Shown here one piece after another: positions 50,601-64,000 of a stretch of 64,000 bases of DNA. The stretch lies in NCBI GenBank assembly GCA_973895155.1, contig OZ316899.1, positions 13,085,934 to 13,149,933 of the forward strand, given 5' to 3'. The notes under the pieces are model-generated. The model saw nothing but the letters and a program-made list of their open reading frames with translations. It was not told the DNA's origin and ran no database searches. Source of the stretch: Marsupella aquatica. Lineage: Eukaryota > Plantae > Marchantiophyta. The translations under genes were made by a program, and so were the position numbers. Within the stretch, counting starts at the first letter, position 1; each line of letters begins with the position of its first letter.

Positions 50601-53600
50601 CTTGCAAGCTGTCATGCAGCAAGGTGGTTTTCCTTTTCCATTTCAGGCTGCTGCTCATTTTGGACCGAGTTTCAGTGGGCCTTCTGGGCATATGGGACCC
50701 CAACAGGTGATTATTGTGTGTTTTGAGTCTCCTATCCAGTTCGAGGTGTAGCAAGTTGTTTTGTTTTTCCACCACGAGTACTCTATCTAACATCCAGGTA
50801 TTTATTTAGAGTGTTTCTTACCCCTAGTTTACAAAGATTGTGTCTCAGTTGCTTGACACTCTTGTGTCTATTCTCTTGTCTGCCATGTATTACACCGTCT
50901 CAAACTTGCTTATAAACACGTTTTTCAGTAATTATATGGGGCAAGAAGGTGGTTCTGTTTCTTCAGAGTCTTACTCTTGTTGTTGTCGCTGCAGGCCACC
51001 CAATTTTTTGGCGGCCCGTTTTATACCACCCACTTGGTTCATCCGCCCCCTCTTACACAGCAACAGGTAGGCACCAATGTATCCGGTGGGCTGCCGTCTG
51101 TGCAACAGCAACATGCACTACAGCAGGTTGGGCGTAATTTTCCACCCGCGTCTTATCAACAGCCAATTTCGGCGCCGGTGACCCACTCATCCTCCCAGTC
51201 GCAGCAACAACACCCTCAGGGTACAGCATCACAGCAGATACAGCATCTTCCTGAGAGGGAAGGAAGTAATATAGGGGACAGCAATTCCAGTTCTGAAAAC
51301 CAATTCTCTATGTTGCAAAGGAACGTTTATGGTCAAGGAAATCCCCATGTGACAGCCTCTGCTGTAAATCCATCTTCAGCCTTGGTCTTAGGAGGAGGTT
51401 CACAAACTCTGCCCCCTCAAGATTTCAACCTCCTCTCAGCACTGGGAGCAAAGCAGCAGCAAGGTCAGTTGGCTTCTCAACAGCATCATGCAAATGGTCC
51501 TTCTCTACACACAAGCTTCAAGGATATAGATCAACAGTCTCCACAGACGTTCTCTGCAATGTCAATTGCTTCGATGAATAAAGGTGCGGTACTGGGACCA
51601 GGACCTTTGGGGCTGGCTCCTGTGGCTGCTGTAATGGCACCCCAAGGGCATGCGATGTTACACAATGTAGCAGATCCTTCCAGAGGCCAAACACAGCATC
51701 AGCATCCACAAATTCAGCAGCCAGTTACTGCGCAGTCACACCAGCACTCTCTTCAGTCTAGTCAGCAACGTGGAGTTGTTCAGATTCAGAAGACACCTCC
51801 TGCAATCAGCAGTATGGAAGATGGTAGAACTCCTGATGGAAACAACTTTTCGAGTAGAACTGGCAGGGAACCTGCGGAGGATAGGAAAATACCACCAAAA
51901 CGGGGATTGAGTTCAACTTCGAATCTAACGAGGGTTGATCTTGACAATTCTTCAACTGTTCAAGGAGCATCAAGTAATAGTGGAATCTTGCATAGCAGGA
52001 TTACTAGCAGTGGCGCTCCAACCCTGAACTTAATGACTCCTGCGCCCGCCATTCTGCTTTCTCGTCCTGTTGGACACCCTCCTGGAAGTGGTGTCCAACA
52101 GCCTGGTACGACCCCTCCAGGGAACCAGAACTCAAAGCAGGCCCTTCCTCGTGGTAAGTTACTCGCCGGTTATGGAGGCGGGGGATCTTTGGTCTCATCA
52201 ACCCAGACTCAGGTATCGTTTTGTGAGAGACCTTCCCCTGGTCCTTCATTGCCGAGTAAATCTCAAGGAACTCCTTTGTCTCCACCAGGACAAAATATTC
52301 CTCAGAGCAGTCAAGTGCCAAGGCAGAGTCAAATTCCCCAGCATTCACAGCTAAAGCTATCCAATAGGAGTACATTAAGCTCTTTACAAACACCATCTGG
52401 TACAGCTCCTCAAGCAGTGCTTGCAGCTGCTATAGCGAAGAGTCAGCAAGTACCGCAGCAGCAACAATCAAGGTCACAGTCGATATCGGGCACAAACACA
52501 GGGCCGTCGCCACGATTGCCGCCCAGTTTTGCAGGCACCTCTGCAAGCATCGGCCTTCCGCTGCCCCCCTTGCCTCCAGCATCAAAATCTGCTCCAACTA
52601 GTACCTTAAAAAGCAATCTGACCTCTAAAAATTCGGTCACTCTGCCTCACAAGCCTTCAAGTGGTGTTTCTAGTAAGCGCGCTACAACTCCGAGTGTATC
52701 ACACGTCTCTTCAATACTGGGCCCGAGTCCTCTTATTCAAAATCTCCCACTGAAGTCTGTGTTAAATCAGCATCGTCCACAAGTACCCTCACAGCAGTCT
52801 CAGCAAAACACGAGCCAGTATCACACACAGCCATCAAATTTGCCACAACAATCCCAGCCTTCTCAGGCTTTGGTATCCACTCAGTATCATCAACAAGCTC
52901 ATCTTAGCTCACAACAGCAGCTACATCAAGTGCACAATAAGCTGGCAATTGTACAACAGCAGCAGTCACATCAGATGCAGAGAGTATTCCTCCAGAATCC
53001 TGCATTCCAGCCGCTTCAACTGTCAACTGGATCCGTGTTGAATCCTCTTCCACAGCAGCAGTCATCACAGCAAGTGCTTCATCAAACCCCTCCACCGCCC
53101 TCGCAAACACAACAGCGGGCATCTTCTCCTCAACAACAGCAACACCCACAACAGCACCAGCATAACTTACAGGGTGGTCCAGGATCGAGCTCGGGGATTA
53201 GTTCAAATAGTAGTCTGTCCTTGGGTCCTCCTACGCTGACTTTGGGAACTGGCAGCAATGGAAGTGCTACCTGTCTACGAGCACCGGGCTCTGACTCCTT
53301 GGCTACATCTCCGGCTCCGACGTCGAGGTCTAACTCGACAGCTAATAAGCTGATCAGTGGACCTGGTGCATCACAGCCCAGCTCTAGAGTCAATACGGCT
53401 GGCCCCTCTTTCCTGCAGGCTCATTTTGTTACGAATGTCTCATCTGGGCCGCACCCTTCAGGGAGTCCTCGGCATAGCTCTGGACCTCAGTATTTGCAAG
53501 CAATTGCGAATTCCGAATCCAGCAGCAAACTGACTGAGCAGAAAGTCACGACTGGTATGTGCTACTCCAGGAATAGTTATGTGGTGGATGCAGCTAAGCT

Positions 53601-54256
53601 GAACTTATGGGTTCGTCATGGAATCTTTAAAAGATTATTGTTGCATAGAAATTGAAAACTTGTGGGTCATGATGTGTTGAATTAGAAAAGGTGTAAATAT
53701 GCAGATGCGAGAGATTTCTCTAAATGCAGTGCACTTGTATACAGATGGGAATGGTCAAGAGCAGGTGAATGGGAGACGCAGCTTGTCATCACCATTACTG
53801 ATGCCACAGATGCCCCATTCAGGGTCACCTAGTCTTCAGCCTGTTTTAACTCGCCAGTTGACTGCAGGCAATTTGACTGGGAACTCATTGGGCGTTCAAT
53901 TTTCTGGAAGTAATTACAGCGAAGGTATTGGATCTCAGAGCGGGTTGATACTTTCTGCCCCCTTCTTCCCGCCCGCTCCCTCACATACACACACCGTGTC
54001 ATCTAAGAATATTTCTCAAATTCTCAACCAAAGTTGTAATAATTACAGCAGTAGCGGCTTTAATTCTGTTGTGGTTGTTGGTGTAGATGGAAGGCCGTTG
54101 TTTGGGGGATCCCCATCAGTGGCTAATCCTGGAGCAGTTTCAAGTCAAAGTCTTCCGAGTTCTGCACATCAATCCTTGCACTTGATGGCATCTGGGCCTG
54201 CAACTAGTAACTCTCAGAGTGTTGGTCAGACTTCGCCTGGTGTTTTGCAACCTTGA
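44669..54256 (+). CDS. TIC: TIME FOR COFFEE-like nuclear circadian regulator, 16 exons, ~2068 aa
   Basis: Exons 44669-44765, 45527-45828, 45918-45975, 46129-46274, 46392-46433, 46681-47107, 47218-47746, 47890-47971, 48121-48216, 48342-48687, 48841-48985, 49113-49203, 49544-49981, 50371-50706, 50995-53554, 53745-54256. All GT-AG, 6207 nt in total. TIC-family blocks: MERGREGRR, VPRKAR, EVEVAEALFDL, APKRKRPR, FDLM-APP, KRCASHVYIA, AQYLQ..GFPFP, FFGGPFY. Confidence 0.88.
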
Positions 54257-56992
54257 GTTGGCCGTTTTGACGGCAAGGTTGGGTTATTCTCACCGTCTTC
54301 AATCGTCAGTTGTTTTTGGTTCTTTCTTGAACGCTCTCTAAGGTTTCTTCAATGCATTTGGCTTGACTGTCTTTTGATGCTGTGATGACTTCAAACATTC
54401 TGCAAACAGTCTGCAAACATTTTCGGGGGAGCTTCAAGAGGCCCAGCTCCAGTGATGGACTTCTGTCTTCTGCGACTGAGGGCTGTTGTGGCTTTGCATC
54501 TGAAGCTTCATGGGCCATCTATTTGCTGTAAGTCTTGTGCGTCCATCCGGTTCCAGAGTCCTGCATTGTCCATCCGAGTCCTCTCAACGCACCTCACTCT
54601 GATGCCTCAGACCTTTTCGGGCGGGCGATTTATGTAGTTGTTGGGCTAATTAATTAACTTTTGTATTTCTTGGATTGGCCTATGCTTGGTTACTTGAGTA
54701 CTTGTGGGGTAAGACCTTGACTTGGCATCGCTATTGCCGATCGGGAGTGTGCATGTCTTGCAGTCTGAAAGTCAAATCATTGAATTGGGAGGAATAATTT
54801 TCTTGTTATTCTTCAGGACTTTTGGAGGCACCACGGGAGGCTTGGATTATCCATTGCCATAATGCAATGGACCGCTAGACACTTGTGGGAAACTGGCTAC
54901 AGTCATTGAATTGTTGAAAGTGACTCTTGGACTCTGAACTGAAATCATTTATGAATGAAAACATAACATCTGCAGGCCCAAGAAGATTCTGTGGACAGGT
55001 TCAATCTCTCTTATGGTGAGAGGATGAAAATTGGACTCTCATAGCTTTGGAGCATGAGTTTTTGCCCAGCACCAATGATGGAAATTTTATAAATGTGATT
55101 GATTATTCAGAAAGAGCATAGCCGAGAGAAATGTTGCGAGGCAACTGGTTTCTTTTTCAGGAGGTTGATCTCTCACTTCAATGCTATTGTTCGCTTATTA
55201 ACCTGTGTATATAACTTCGGGAGAGTATATAGAAAGGGATGCGGAGATTGTCGTTCGAGGTGTCCACTAAAGCTGGTTCTAGAAGCAGAATGAGTTTTCT
55301 GAGGTCTGTCTAACCTTTTTTTATATTGTTTGCTTATTGATACAATTAAAGCACTTCCGAAAAGTACCGAGAAAGATATGATGAAATTGTTGGTCACTCC
55401 GCCGAATTTGCGGAGTCGCTTTTCCATTTTCACTGGCCTCTCAAAAGAAAAAAACATAGTGAAAAACTCAGAACTTTGCGAGTCATCTCGGTAGCCTCGC
55501 TGAGGAAAGTTTTGCACGAGAGTGATTGATAATTGAGACTGATTATTGATATTTGATGGGGTTGAACCTGTCGTGTGCGCACGCACAAGGAACTGTAGTG
55601 AAATCGAGGAACCGCCTCCTGTTACTTGCATCCCACGATCCCAAAACTCAGCACGATGCATTGTAAGGGTTTAGGGTTTACAGCAGAGAACGCCCTGCTT
55701 GTCTGGAGGGGTTCATTGACACAAACCCCGATGAGGTTGGCTTGAACACAGCCATCTGTCATCTCGTGCAATCCGTGATGAGGTTAGCTCGGATACATCC
55801 ATGTGTTATCTATCATCTATGACAGTGTTTATCCTCAAACTTACACTAATGGACTTGAGTATGCTACAGTATAGGTGTTTGTGGCGGACGGATTGGTTCT
55901 GGCTAAAAGTTTATTGCAGTTCTTGAGATGGACAGCTCTCTTTGTTCTCGGGATATGCCAGCATTGAGCAAATTTTTCCCAGCAAATGGATCTGCCTTGC
56001 TCGTTAGTGAAACTACAAGATGCACCAGGTTATATTGCACAAGCCACCCCCTCCCTTCTCGCTCGTCCATTGAATTATGGGAGTACAAAAATAGTGAGTA
56101 AATAGGAAAGAGGATGACTTATATTGAAAGTAGTAAAATGAACCTGTTATTAGGACTAGTATCCCCTGTATTAATATGTACAACATTCAAATAGTCATTC
56201 TAAGGCAATACTACATGATCTTGGGCTTCATTAGGCAGTAAAAATATCAAAGATTCTAAAGACCTCAGGGATGAGAGTACTCCTTGACTAGGTAACTAGC
56301 AAAATGTAAGGGAAGAAATATATACTAGATTTGACACATTAGAAACTTTTGCTGGTCATGGCATTATTGAATAAATCAATTGAGTTAACTACAAAAATTA
56401 TTGCAAGAGTGATCTGTAGTAACTGTAGGAAAGATAGAAATACACAGCAAACAGCCCTGTTTATTGGAATTTAGGTCTGTCTAACCAAGCTGGCCATCTA
56501 TGTCCCTAACTAAAATATCATTATTTTGTGATACTGACCCAAAGGCCAGGAAATGGAGTATATATTTCCATTGAGACACTTCCTAGCTAACTATATAACC
56601 TATGTACAGACACCTTCTTGCAAAAATATTTCTATTGGGGGGTTTGTACCATGCAAGGAAACAGGAGAAATTGCTAGTGAGATGATCTTTTGCTAGTGAG
56701 GGATATGTCATTTTTTGAATGGCATATTTAGTGCCTAGAAAGGATTTCACACAACCAAATTAAGCATTTGTCTAAACTTTGATAATGCACATGAGTTTCA
56801 TCATACACAAAACTGATCAATACAAGGAAACCAATAAAGATTATACTTAAGTTACAGACATTTCTCACTCATCAAAATTGGCTGCCTTGATCACTTTATT
56901 GAAACTGAGAGTAAGTTCTCCAGAATGGCAAAAGAGATCAAGCTTATTCTGCTGCTTCCCATTCAGGGATACACCAGCAGAATAAAACATCA

Positions 56993-59900
56993 CTAATTTG
57001 TGGAATGACTTTCATCTAATTCCAAATCATTCCTACAACTACTGCTGATTTCCTCACTGCTAAACTCCCTATCAGTTGACTCAGCGGACTCGTCCACATA
57101 TCTCTTCCCAAGACCCGCCTCAACATCAATGAAAGGAAGGCTGTACAAATTCCTCCAAGTGCCACAATCTGACCTCCGACCTTTTCCTTCCCAAGTCATA
57201 ACAAAAGTCTCATCTGCTTCAATTGCAAACTTCTCCGCATAGCAAGGTAGAGTGAACGATTTCTCAGGCAAGAAAAGCAAAGCACCCTCAATTTCCTTTT
57301 GGAGCCAAAATTTTTCCTCCGAGAACCAATTGACACGCCGATCACTGAAAGAAGCAAAAAGATTCAGCAGCCAATTAATTCAAGGTGGAAAAAACTGAAC
57401 TGAACTTTTCTCAAGACAGTTGGATTTGGTTGAGACAGGATAAGTACATTACTCCAGGTCAAATTCATTGTGGTCATCTTTCCTATCCGGAGCAGGAACT
57501 TTAGTTCTTCCACCACTCTATCTGGCAAGAGTAAACTCGTCATCTGAATCCCCGTCCTCCAATGGCTCAATACCCGTCCCTACAGTGATGTCTTCAATTT
57601 TCTTATGACGATCCAGGACCAACTTCAACGACTCCTGCTCAGCATCATGGAGAAATTCCCTATCCTCAACCCCAACTACAAACCTCCCGGAGAGTTCCCC
57701 CGCTCGGAATGAACTCCCATCTCCAACATTCCAATCTAGCACAATGTCTCTTGGCTTGTCAAAAGCTCCATCATCGCCTGCATGAATCCAACAGATAATC
57801 GACAAGACCCTGCAAAAGCTAACTCAGTCCTGACATTGATTTTTGGGTAACAAAGACTGAGTAACTTCTTATGAGATGCATCCTCAGATGTTGCCATGGG
57901 GATCTTCCCATCAAATTCAGTTTGACAAAACACATCCAGACTGAGATTGCAAACCTGGAAAAGATCAAAATATGTCAAATACTGAGGCTGTGAAGGCCAG
58001 CGACCTTGCTGACAAAAAACACCCATAATTTAAACCACAAAATCGTGACATCTCACCTCAACATCAATATCTGGCATCCACATTGGGCTCCTCAACAAAA
58101 CATGGTACTGGCTGAGATGTTTGAATTTATTCTTTTGTTCAATGGCAGCAAAAATCTGCTTCATGTGGTTAAATTCTCCACTGTGGACAACAGCCACATA
58201 CCTATCATTGGACAGCATAGGCCTCATGACTCCAAAGAAATAATAAGGAAGTTTCTCCATCCAAACATTCCATTCTGGCACCTTCACATCAGTAACACGA
58301 GGCCTTAGTCTTGTAGGAAGAGCAATGAACCCAATATGGGCACTTGTCCCAGCGTAAGGCTTGCCATTGATTCTAAGTGGATTTGGATGTTCTGAAGAAC
58401 TCAAAATCTCACTCAGCCAGCGGTCCCCCTCCCCCATCCACAAAGGTCAAACTCTCTTCAAAGCAATTGAGTCTGCTGTGAAACGCAAATTACTCCTGGC
58501 AAAGAAATGCTGATTCCCATCCAGTTGAAGTCCACAAATCCTCATCACACCCTCACTGATCTACCCTTCCTCATCTTCTGAATCTAAGAGTACTGGAACC
58601 TTTTTCTTCCTCTTAAGCTTATCACCAATCGGTTTCGTCACAATCTCAAAATCCAGAGATTCAGGTTCAATGGGATCCTGTCGCCCACTATTCTGCACTG
58701 TTTGGACACTCTCTGAACCAGTCTATCTTCTCTTTTCTGGGCAACAAACAAGAACCAAAAACCTCAGAAAACAAGAATTTGCAAAGAAAGGATTGAACAT
58801 TAGAGGCCGATTGAGAGTTAAACTGATGAACAAACTTACTTCTCCTGCTGGAAACCTGAGAGGTGTCTTTTGACACCTCCTTCACAACATCCTTCTTCAA
58901 TTTCCTTGAGCTGCTTCTATCAACAATTGGTGCAACACCAAGGCAAGCCTGCTCCATCGCCTCACACCCGGCTTGCACTGCTTTGGGGCTGGGCATTTTT
59001 GATTCAGAAATATAAAACTTTGGGACTAACACACGGTTTATCTTTTGCAAAGCAAGCTTCTTTGTGCCATCAAATGTCAGTGACCAATTCTTTGAATCTA
59101 AGGACCGTGGATAGTGTAAAACCTCCCATTCACTCAACTTCCGGAGTGGCTCAACGTCTTCACAAGGGTACATTGAGTAGTCACCACATTTATTTTTCCC
59201 AATTGTCAGTCACATATTTGGCCCACTGGGAGAAACACGTGGGGTAACACCACCAGAATGCTCTATTGGCCACCTCCTGGTCAACAAAAAATTGGTATAC
59301 ATATCTTTTTGCCCTTCTCCAAAATGCGACAATATCTATCTTTTCCCCAACTTTTGGGGCCCAAATGCTCTTGAAAAACCTGAATTTAACTCGCTGCAAA
59401 AAGTCCTCAAACTCATCACAAATATCAAGAACAAGTGATGCCTTGTTCTTCTCTGAGTCACTGAGAATCACCTCTGAGACAGCTTTGGACAAAAGAGATC
59501 TAGCAATCGACTCTACTTGTTCCCACATAGCCCACCTATGCAGCCAGAGTTTAGTCTCACTATCTGAGAATTGCCCAAGATGGAAATATTGCTTTTGTAG
59601 CTCGGGCTTGCACTACGCTTTGAGTAGATTACAACGTAGCAGTGGGCTGAGAGATGTTACCCCGGTGAAAAGCCTTGCTCGATCAAGACCACATGAGGCA
59701 TTGCCTCTCCCTTTGTCATCAGTCTCACAGTACGTAGTTGTGCATCTCCACACATTTCTAAAAGAAATCCCTGAATTTGGGATTGAGAAGAGGAGCAATT
59801 TTTGGAACTTTAACATTCCAACCAGATAGCTACTCTTTCATCATTTCTCGCAGAGCAATGTTCTTTGCAGCTTTTGACAATGGTTCTCCAAGGTCCTCCT

Positions 59901-60815
59901 TGAGAGCAAACTTCTTCTGCAAATCCGTAGTCTGGGAAGCTATATTTGCAACTGAAAGAATGTAAATACAAGCATCTAGGGTCATATTTTTTTAATACAA
60001 GAAGGGTTTATTCACATTTTGCATCTTTTGTTGGAACAACTTGAAATTTTCTAGATCAATCAAATCCTTGTAGACCGACAAGTCTGTGTTCAGTATCTTT
60101 TGGACACAATCTGCTTCAAGGACCCATGAATTCTCAACGTGGCATTGAGTGAGCCTGCCAATGAACAAAAGTATCAAAGATGTTTTGATTACAAATCAGA
60201 GATAAGGGAAACCCAAAATGTGAAGTAACAGACATCATTGAATCAATAAGAACAAATCCGATGCTCACCGATTCAGGGCATGCATTGCAGATTCAATCTG
60301 CACAAATGTGTCTTTCTCCCCTTTGAAAATCTTGGTGACAACACGAGGGTGATATTTGATATCATGTGGATTCTCAATGGCAAGCAGATTCCACGAGTAC
60401 AAACAATTACCATCAAAAATACAAAACATTTTGTCCTTCAGCACTACAAAGTCTGGATGAGAATCGCACTCTCTCTCAAAATCTTCATTCTGCAACGCCC
60501 ATATTGGATCCTAGCCCATTCAAATGGTGTCATTGATGAACTGAATGTCACCATTCTCACTCGTCATCTGAACATAAAACCTGGGCGAGTCCTCAATGTA
60601 ACCTTGAGCTCAAAATTCATTCTTGAGGGTTTTGATTGCATTGGAGTCTACAATGACCTCACAAGTTGCATGTTTTGCATCCTACGCAGTGGAATTTGGG
60701 GGGGAACAAGCGAATACCCAAATTCATTCGGCCCAAAGTGGTAGAGGTGATGGTTGATCACCATGGAGAACAGTTCTGACTTAGAAGAGTCCATCGATGG
60801 TGGCAAAATCTCCAT
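56993..60815 (-). pseudogene. Decayed multi-exon TE cargo gene: ParB/Srx-like N-terminus plus beta-class N4/N6 DNA-methyltransferase-like C-terminal domain
   Basis: IKTLKNEF..GY....KMFCIFDGN (ParB-like DGxHR position, ~60410). FFGVMRPMLSNDRYVAV. After restoring a 1-bp deletion (~57755): FMQAMMELLTKPRDIVLDWNVGDGSSFRAGELSGRFVVGVE (SAM-binding motif). Several stops and frameshifts. Confidence 0.55.
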
Positions 60816-61858
60816 TGGATCAACAAGTTTCCTTCAATGAGGAGTCTTCAAACCCGAAGCTAGTGCCTTGTTGGTAGTTGAAGACCTTGTCTCTTGACGC
60901 TAAGAAGCTACTGGCTGCAAATCTTGAGAAGAGATATACCCTGGTGATGCAAAATATGCCATCGGCTGATAAAGAAAACGGAAGGGAGTAACACACAAAC
61001 GAAGCGTTGCAGTGGGTACAATGACTTCTAATTGGTATCCAAAGTAAGATTAGAGGGAGTATCCAAAGTCTCATTAGAGAGAGTATCCAAAGTAAAAATG
61101 GAGGAGGACGACCGAGATTAGCGAAGGACCAAGATGGGAATCCAAAGTTGGATTAGCGGGAGAATCCTAAGGGGCATGGCCACCGAGACAGGAAATAGCA
61201 AACCAGGAATTCTGTTAACAGCAAAACAGTTTCTGGTACCAGGAAACTCATTAGGTTTTAGGGTCATTTTACGGTCCCAAGGATAGACATGGTAGCCAAG
61301 ATTTGTTGTACAAATTACCCGCTAGTTCTGACTATAATAGTACTGACAATATGCGTGAGTCAATACTGTGGGCAGGACTGTGGGTCCCACCCTAATAAAA
61401 ATAATCAGATGAGCCTCATTTAAAAAAAATGTACATCTTCAAAAATATTGCCATCATATTTACATTAATATATTATACCGATGGGCTTTAACCAAAACTA
61501 AATGAAATAGTAACGCCTTCAAGCTCCGTATATTCCAACATGACATACAACATAAAGTTTATGAGTGGAGTGTCATCAGAGTATAGTAGCGTTTGGCGCT
61601 ACCCATATTATATTTCCATGTATCAATCTTGCCTTAGAGTCAGGAAACAAACATACAGTGTATTATACAATCTGAAACACATTGGACCACCCAAATATGT
61701 TTGAATGAGGACCAATTCAAAGTAGCGCCCGACACTAACCAGAGTCAGAATAAAAAATTGACCAATATGTTATGGAAATGCAAAGAGGGTTTGGTATAAT
61801 TAAAAAAGGAAATAAAACTTGCATATGCGACAAACAAGATAGGAGCCGTTCAACGTTC

Positions 61859-64000
61859 CTAAATATCTCCCCTATAAATCCAGAGCATTCTGTCGTGCAA
61901 GAATGAGCCTAACTCCCCCATAGTGAGAATTGGCTGACTAGCCAGTGTTGAATCCACGACATCAAGTTTGAGGACGTTGGTATACACCCAGTATAGGTGC
62001 TTGCAAGGCATGTAGGGTCTTCCATGGGAATGGCGACGATAGAAGTCCTCACAAGAACAACACGGGAAAATGCAAATTTGCACCCAGTACGTCTTCGTTG
62101 TTCGGAGTTTCTCATGGGTTTGGATTTGAAATTGTTTTCCCCAAGAGTTCCCGTTGGAAACATCGCACTGCCAAATTAGGGTCATGGGCTCCTTGCTGGC
62201 AGATTCAATTCTCGTGTAGTGACCTTGTGAAAGATTTGATCGTGGGATTGTATTCTTCCCATTTCTACTCCAAAGGCGAATATTTGGCTCTAGGAGATTG
62301 ATTTTCTCAGGGAAAACATTTACATTGATTTGCAACTCAAACGGAGATGGAACATGCTGAGTTCCGGCCTCACAATCGATTTCAACCCCTTTCTCGATCA
62401 AGAATTGGACTTATGCTTCAGAAAGGTTAGTCCCTTTCAGAACAGGAAGCGTATAGGGAAATGGTGGAAGATTCACGACATTACAACGTGGCCGGCTCTT
62501 ATAGCAAGCATTGTTGGCACAAAACCAAATCATTTCAGGATGAGGTTCTCCCCTGAATATACGATGACCTTTCACAACAATGCCAACTACTCCATCTGTT
62601 GACGGGTACCCAACCTTTTTCAAACGATTGCGGCATTCATCTCGATCTGATCTCCCACCCAACGATCCATTACATTGAGGGCCTGCTCCATGTTTGGTTG
62701 TTCTTCGTAGGTGCCATTCACCAGGTTGGACATCCGTCTCCAACACTAACGATTGATGTAAAGGCCGTTCACAAGTGGGAGGTGCAGTTCGCGGATCCAA
62801 ACAAGACCTGGTGGTTCTCCTCCAAGGTGGAGTAGTCCAATCAATGTCTTCTCCGATATCACTATCAGATATATCCACCACAACATTCTCACAGACAGGA
62901 GAAGTTTGCGCAACAGGGGAGAACTCCTCCCTATTCAATTTTTTTCTCTTCATACCACAAGTATTTGGCAATGTTACCAGAATAGTGTCATGCCGATGGG
63001 AGTCTTGTGCAGAGACGTTCCCTATGGCTCGCCCTTTCCTCTTCATGGACTTTGTGATAACATCCCCATTCAGTGGGGCATTCCTTTCCAAGTTGAATTC
63101 AGCCGCACCGGAAAGGAGCATATTAGAAGCATCTTGGAAAATTTTGGAAGAACCAGCTTGATCTGCATAATGGAATGCCAATTCCCATATCGTAGGCCCC
63201 TTACCACGATTTAGCCCCCTCCGATAGGCTGTATATGCCACAACTTGCGACAATGCTTTGTTTTGATCCATCTCACAAGCTTCGAATAGACCAGCTTTCT
63301 TCTTTGTTTGCCAAGCTTTCATTATAGAATGGACCGCTTCCAAAGTTGTACAGTTGGGAATCATAGCACTTTCTTTGACACTTTTGTCCTGGATTCAACA
63401 TAGGAGCTATATTAAGGAAATGTGTCTTTGAAACCATATTACATAAAGCAATATCCGGACAACGTCAACTATGATTACGAGTCACATTATCATATTATAA
63501 AGCTTTGAGTAAACTAGCGCCAAGCGCTACCATGAATATGATCAAAATAATTTCACAAATACAAAGGAATAACGGTCTTGGGTAATCCTAAGAATGACTT
63601 AGTAATGCTAGCGCCGAGCGCTGGTATTAATGTCAATTGTGAGGAACAAATATGATTAAGAAACTCACCAGACAAATAAAATCTCCCCATTGACGCCATC
63701 GGACAACCCACCACGAAAGCCAGCCTTGGAGCATCTAAAGTTTTCCTAGAACACAGTTCCCGGATCTCCACCATAAATCAATATCCCTTGAAATCATGTA
63801 CGCTCCAACAAAAGTTGAATCATTCCTTAAGGAGTCCCACAACTTGCAGTGCTCCTCTCGTTTCCCCTCCAGGACTCCTTCAACGGAGTGTCGATGAAAC
63901 GATTGATAAAAGTGAAACGCATCGGATCGCTCCTTTTTGGGGTTAGGATGACCACCAAAAAAGACATTCCAAACGGCGTTCCATCCAACTTGAGCATTGT
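61859..64000 (-). pseudogene. MULE-like transposase with C-terminal SWIM finger, 3' portion; continues beyond the window
   Basis: Exon 64000-63669: NAQVGWNAV..KERSDAFHFYQS..WLSWWVVRWRQWG (one TAG). Next exon has TTLEAVHS. SWIM CSCEDF..PCKHLYWVY. In-frame stop at ~62411. Confidence 0.7.

Noticed and set aside
55173-55661. 162-aa minus-strand ORF downstream of TIC
   Set aside because: No recognisable motif or exon structure

Overview
Eukaryotic, intron-containing plant DNA. A non-seed land plant is my inference from the TE families and the divergent TIC gene; the species cannot be called. The window holds one intact host gene, a 16-exon TIME FOR COFFEE-like gene (44669-54256, +), embedded in nested transposons. 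From left to right: (1) a TE-type ORF split by a 3.8-kb TG...CA insertion (1577-5414, 5-bp TSD); (2) a CACTA-like relic and two FEN1-like exons; (3) a decayed chromovirus-like Ty3/gypsy element (~11.8-41 kb, -) interrupted by a MULE (13157-18316, 10-bp TSD) and by a second gypsy element (21625-40662); (4) inside that second element, a CACTA transposon (24584-34316, 3-bp TSD); (5) a MULE-like region at the right end. Three unrelated TE classes each carry a chromatin or DNA-modifying domain. The inner gypsy Pol has a DNMT3-like C5 cytosine methyltransferase between protease and RT, a C-terminal PHD finger, and split (A...B-A-B-A-B) terminal repeats instead of ordinary LTRs. The CACTA hides a SET-domain exon in intron 1 of its intact transposase, in phase for alternative splicing. 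The right-hand region pairs a SWIM/MULE transposase with a decayed ParB-like plus N4/N6-methyltransferase-like gene. All domain calls are by-eye motif recognition; no searches were run.
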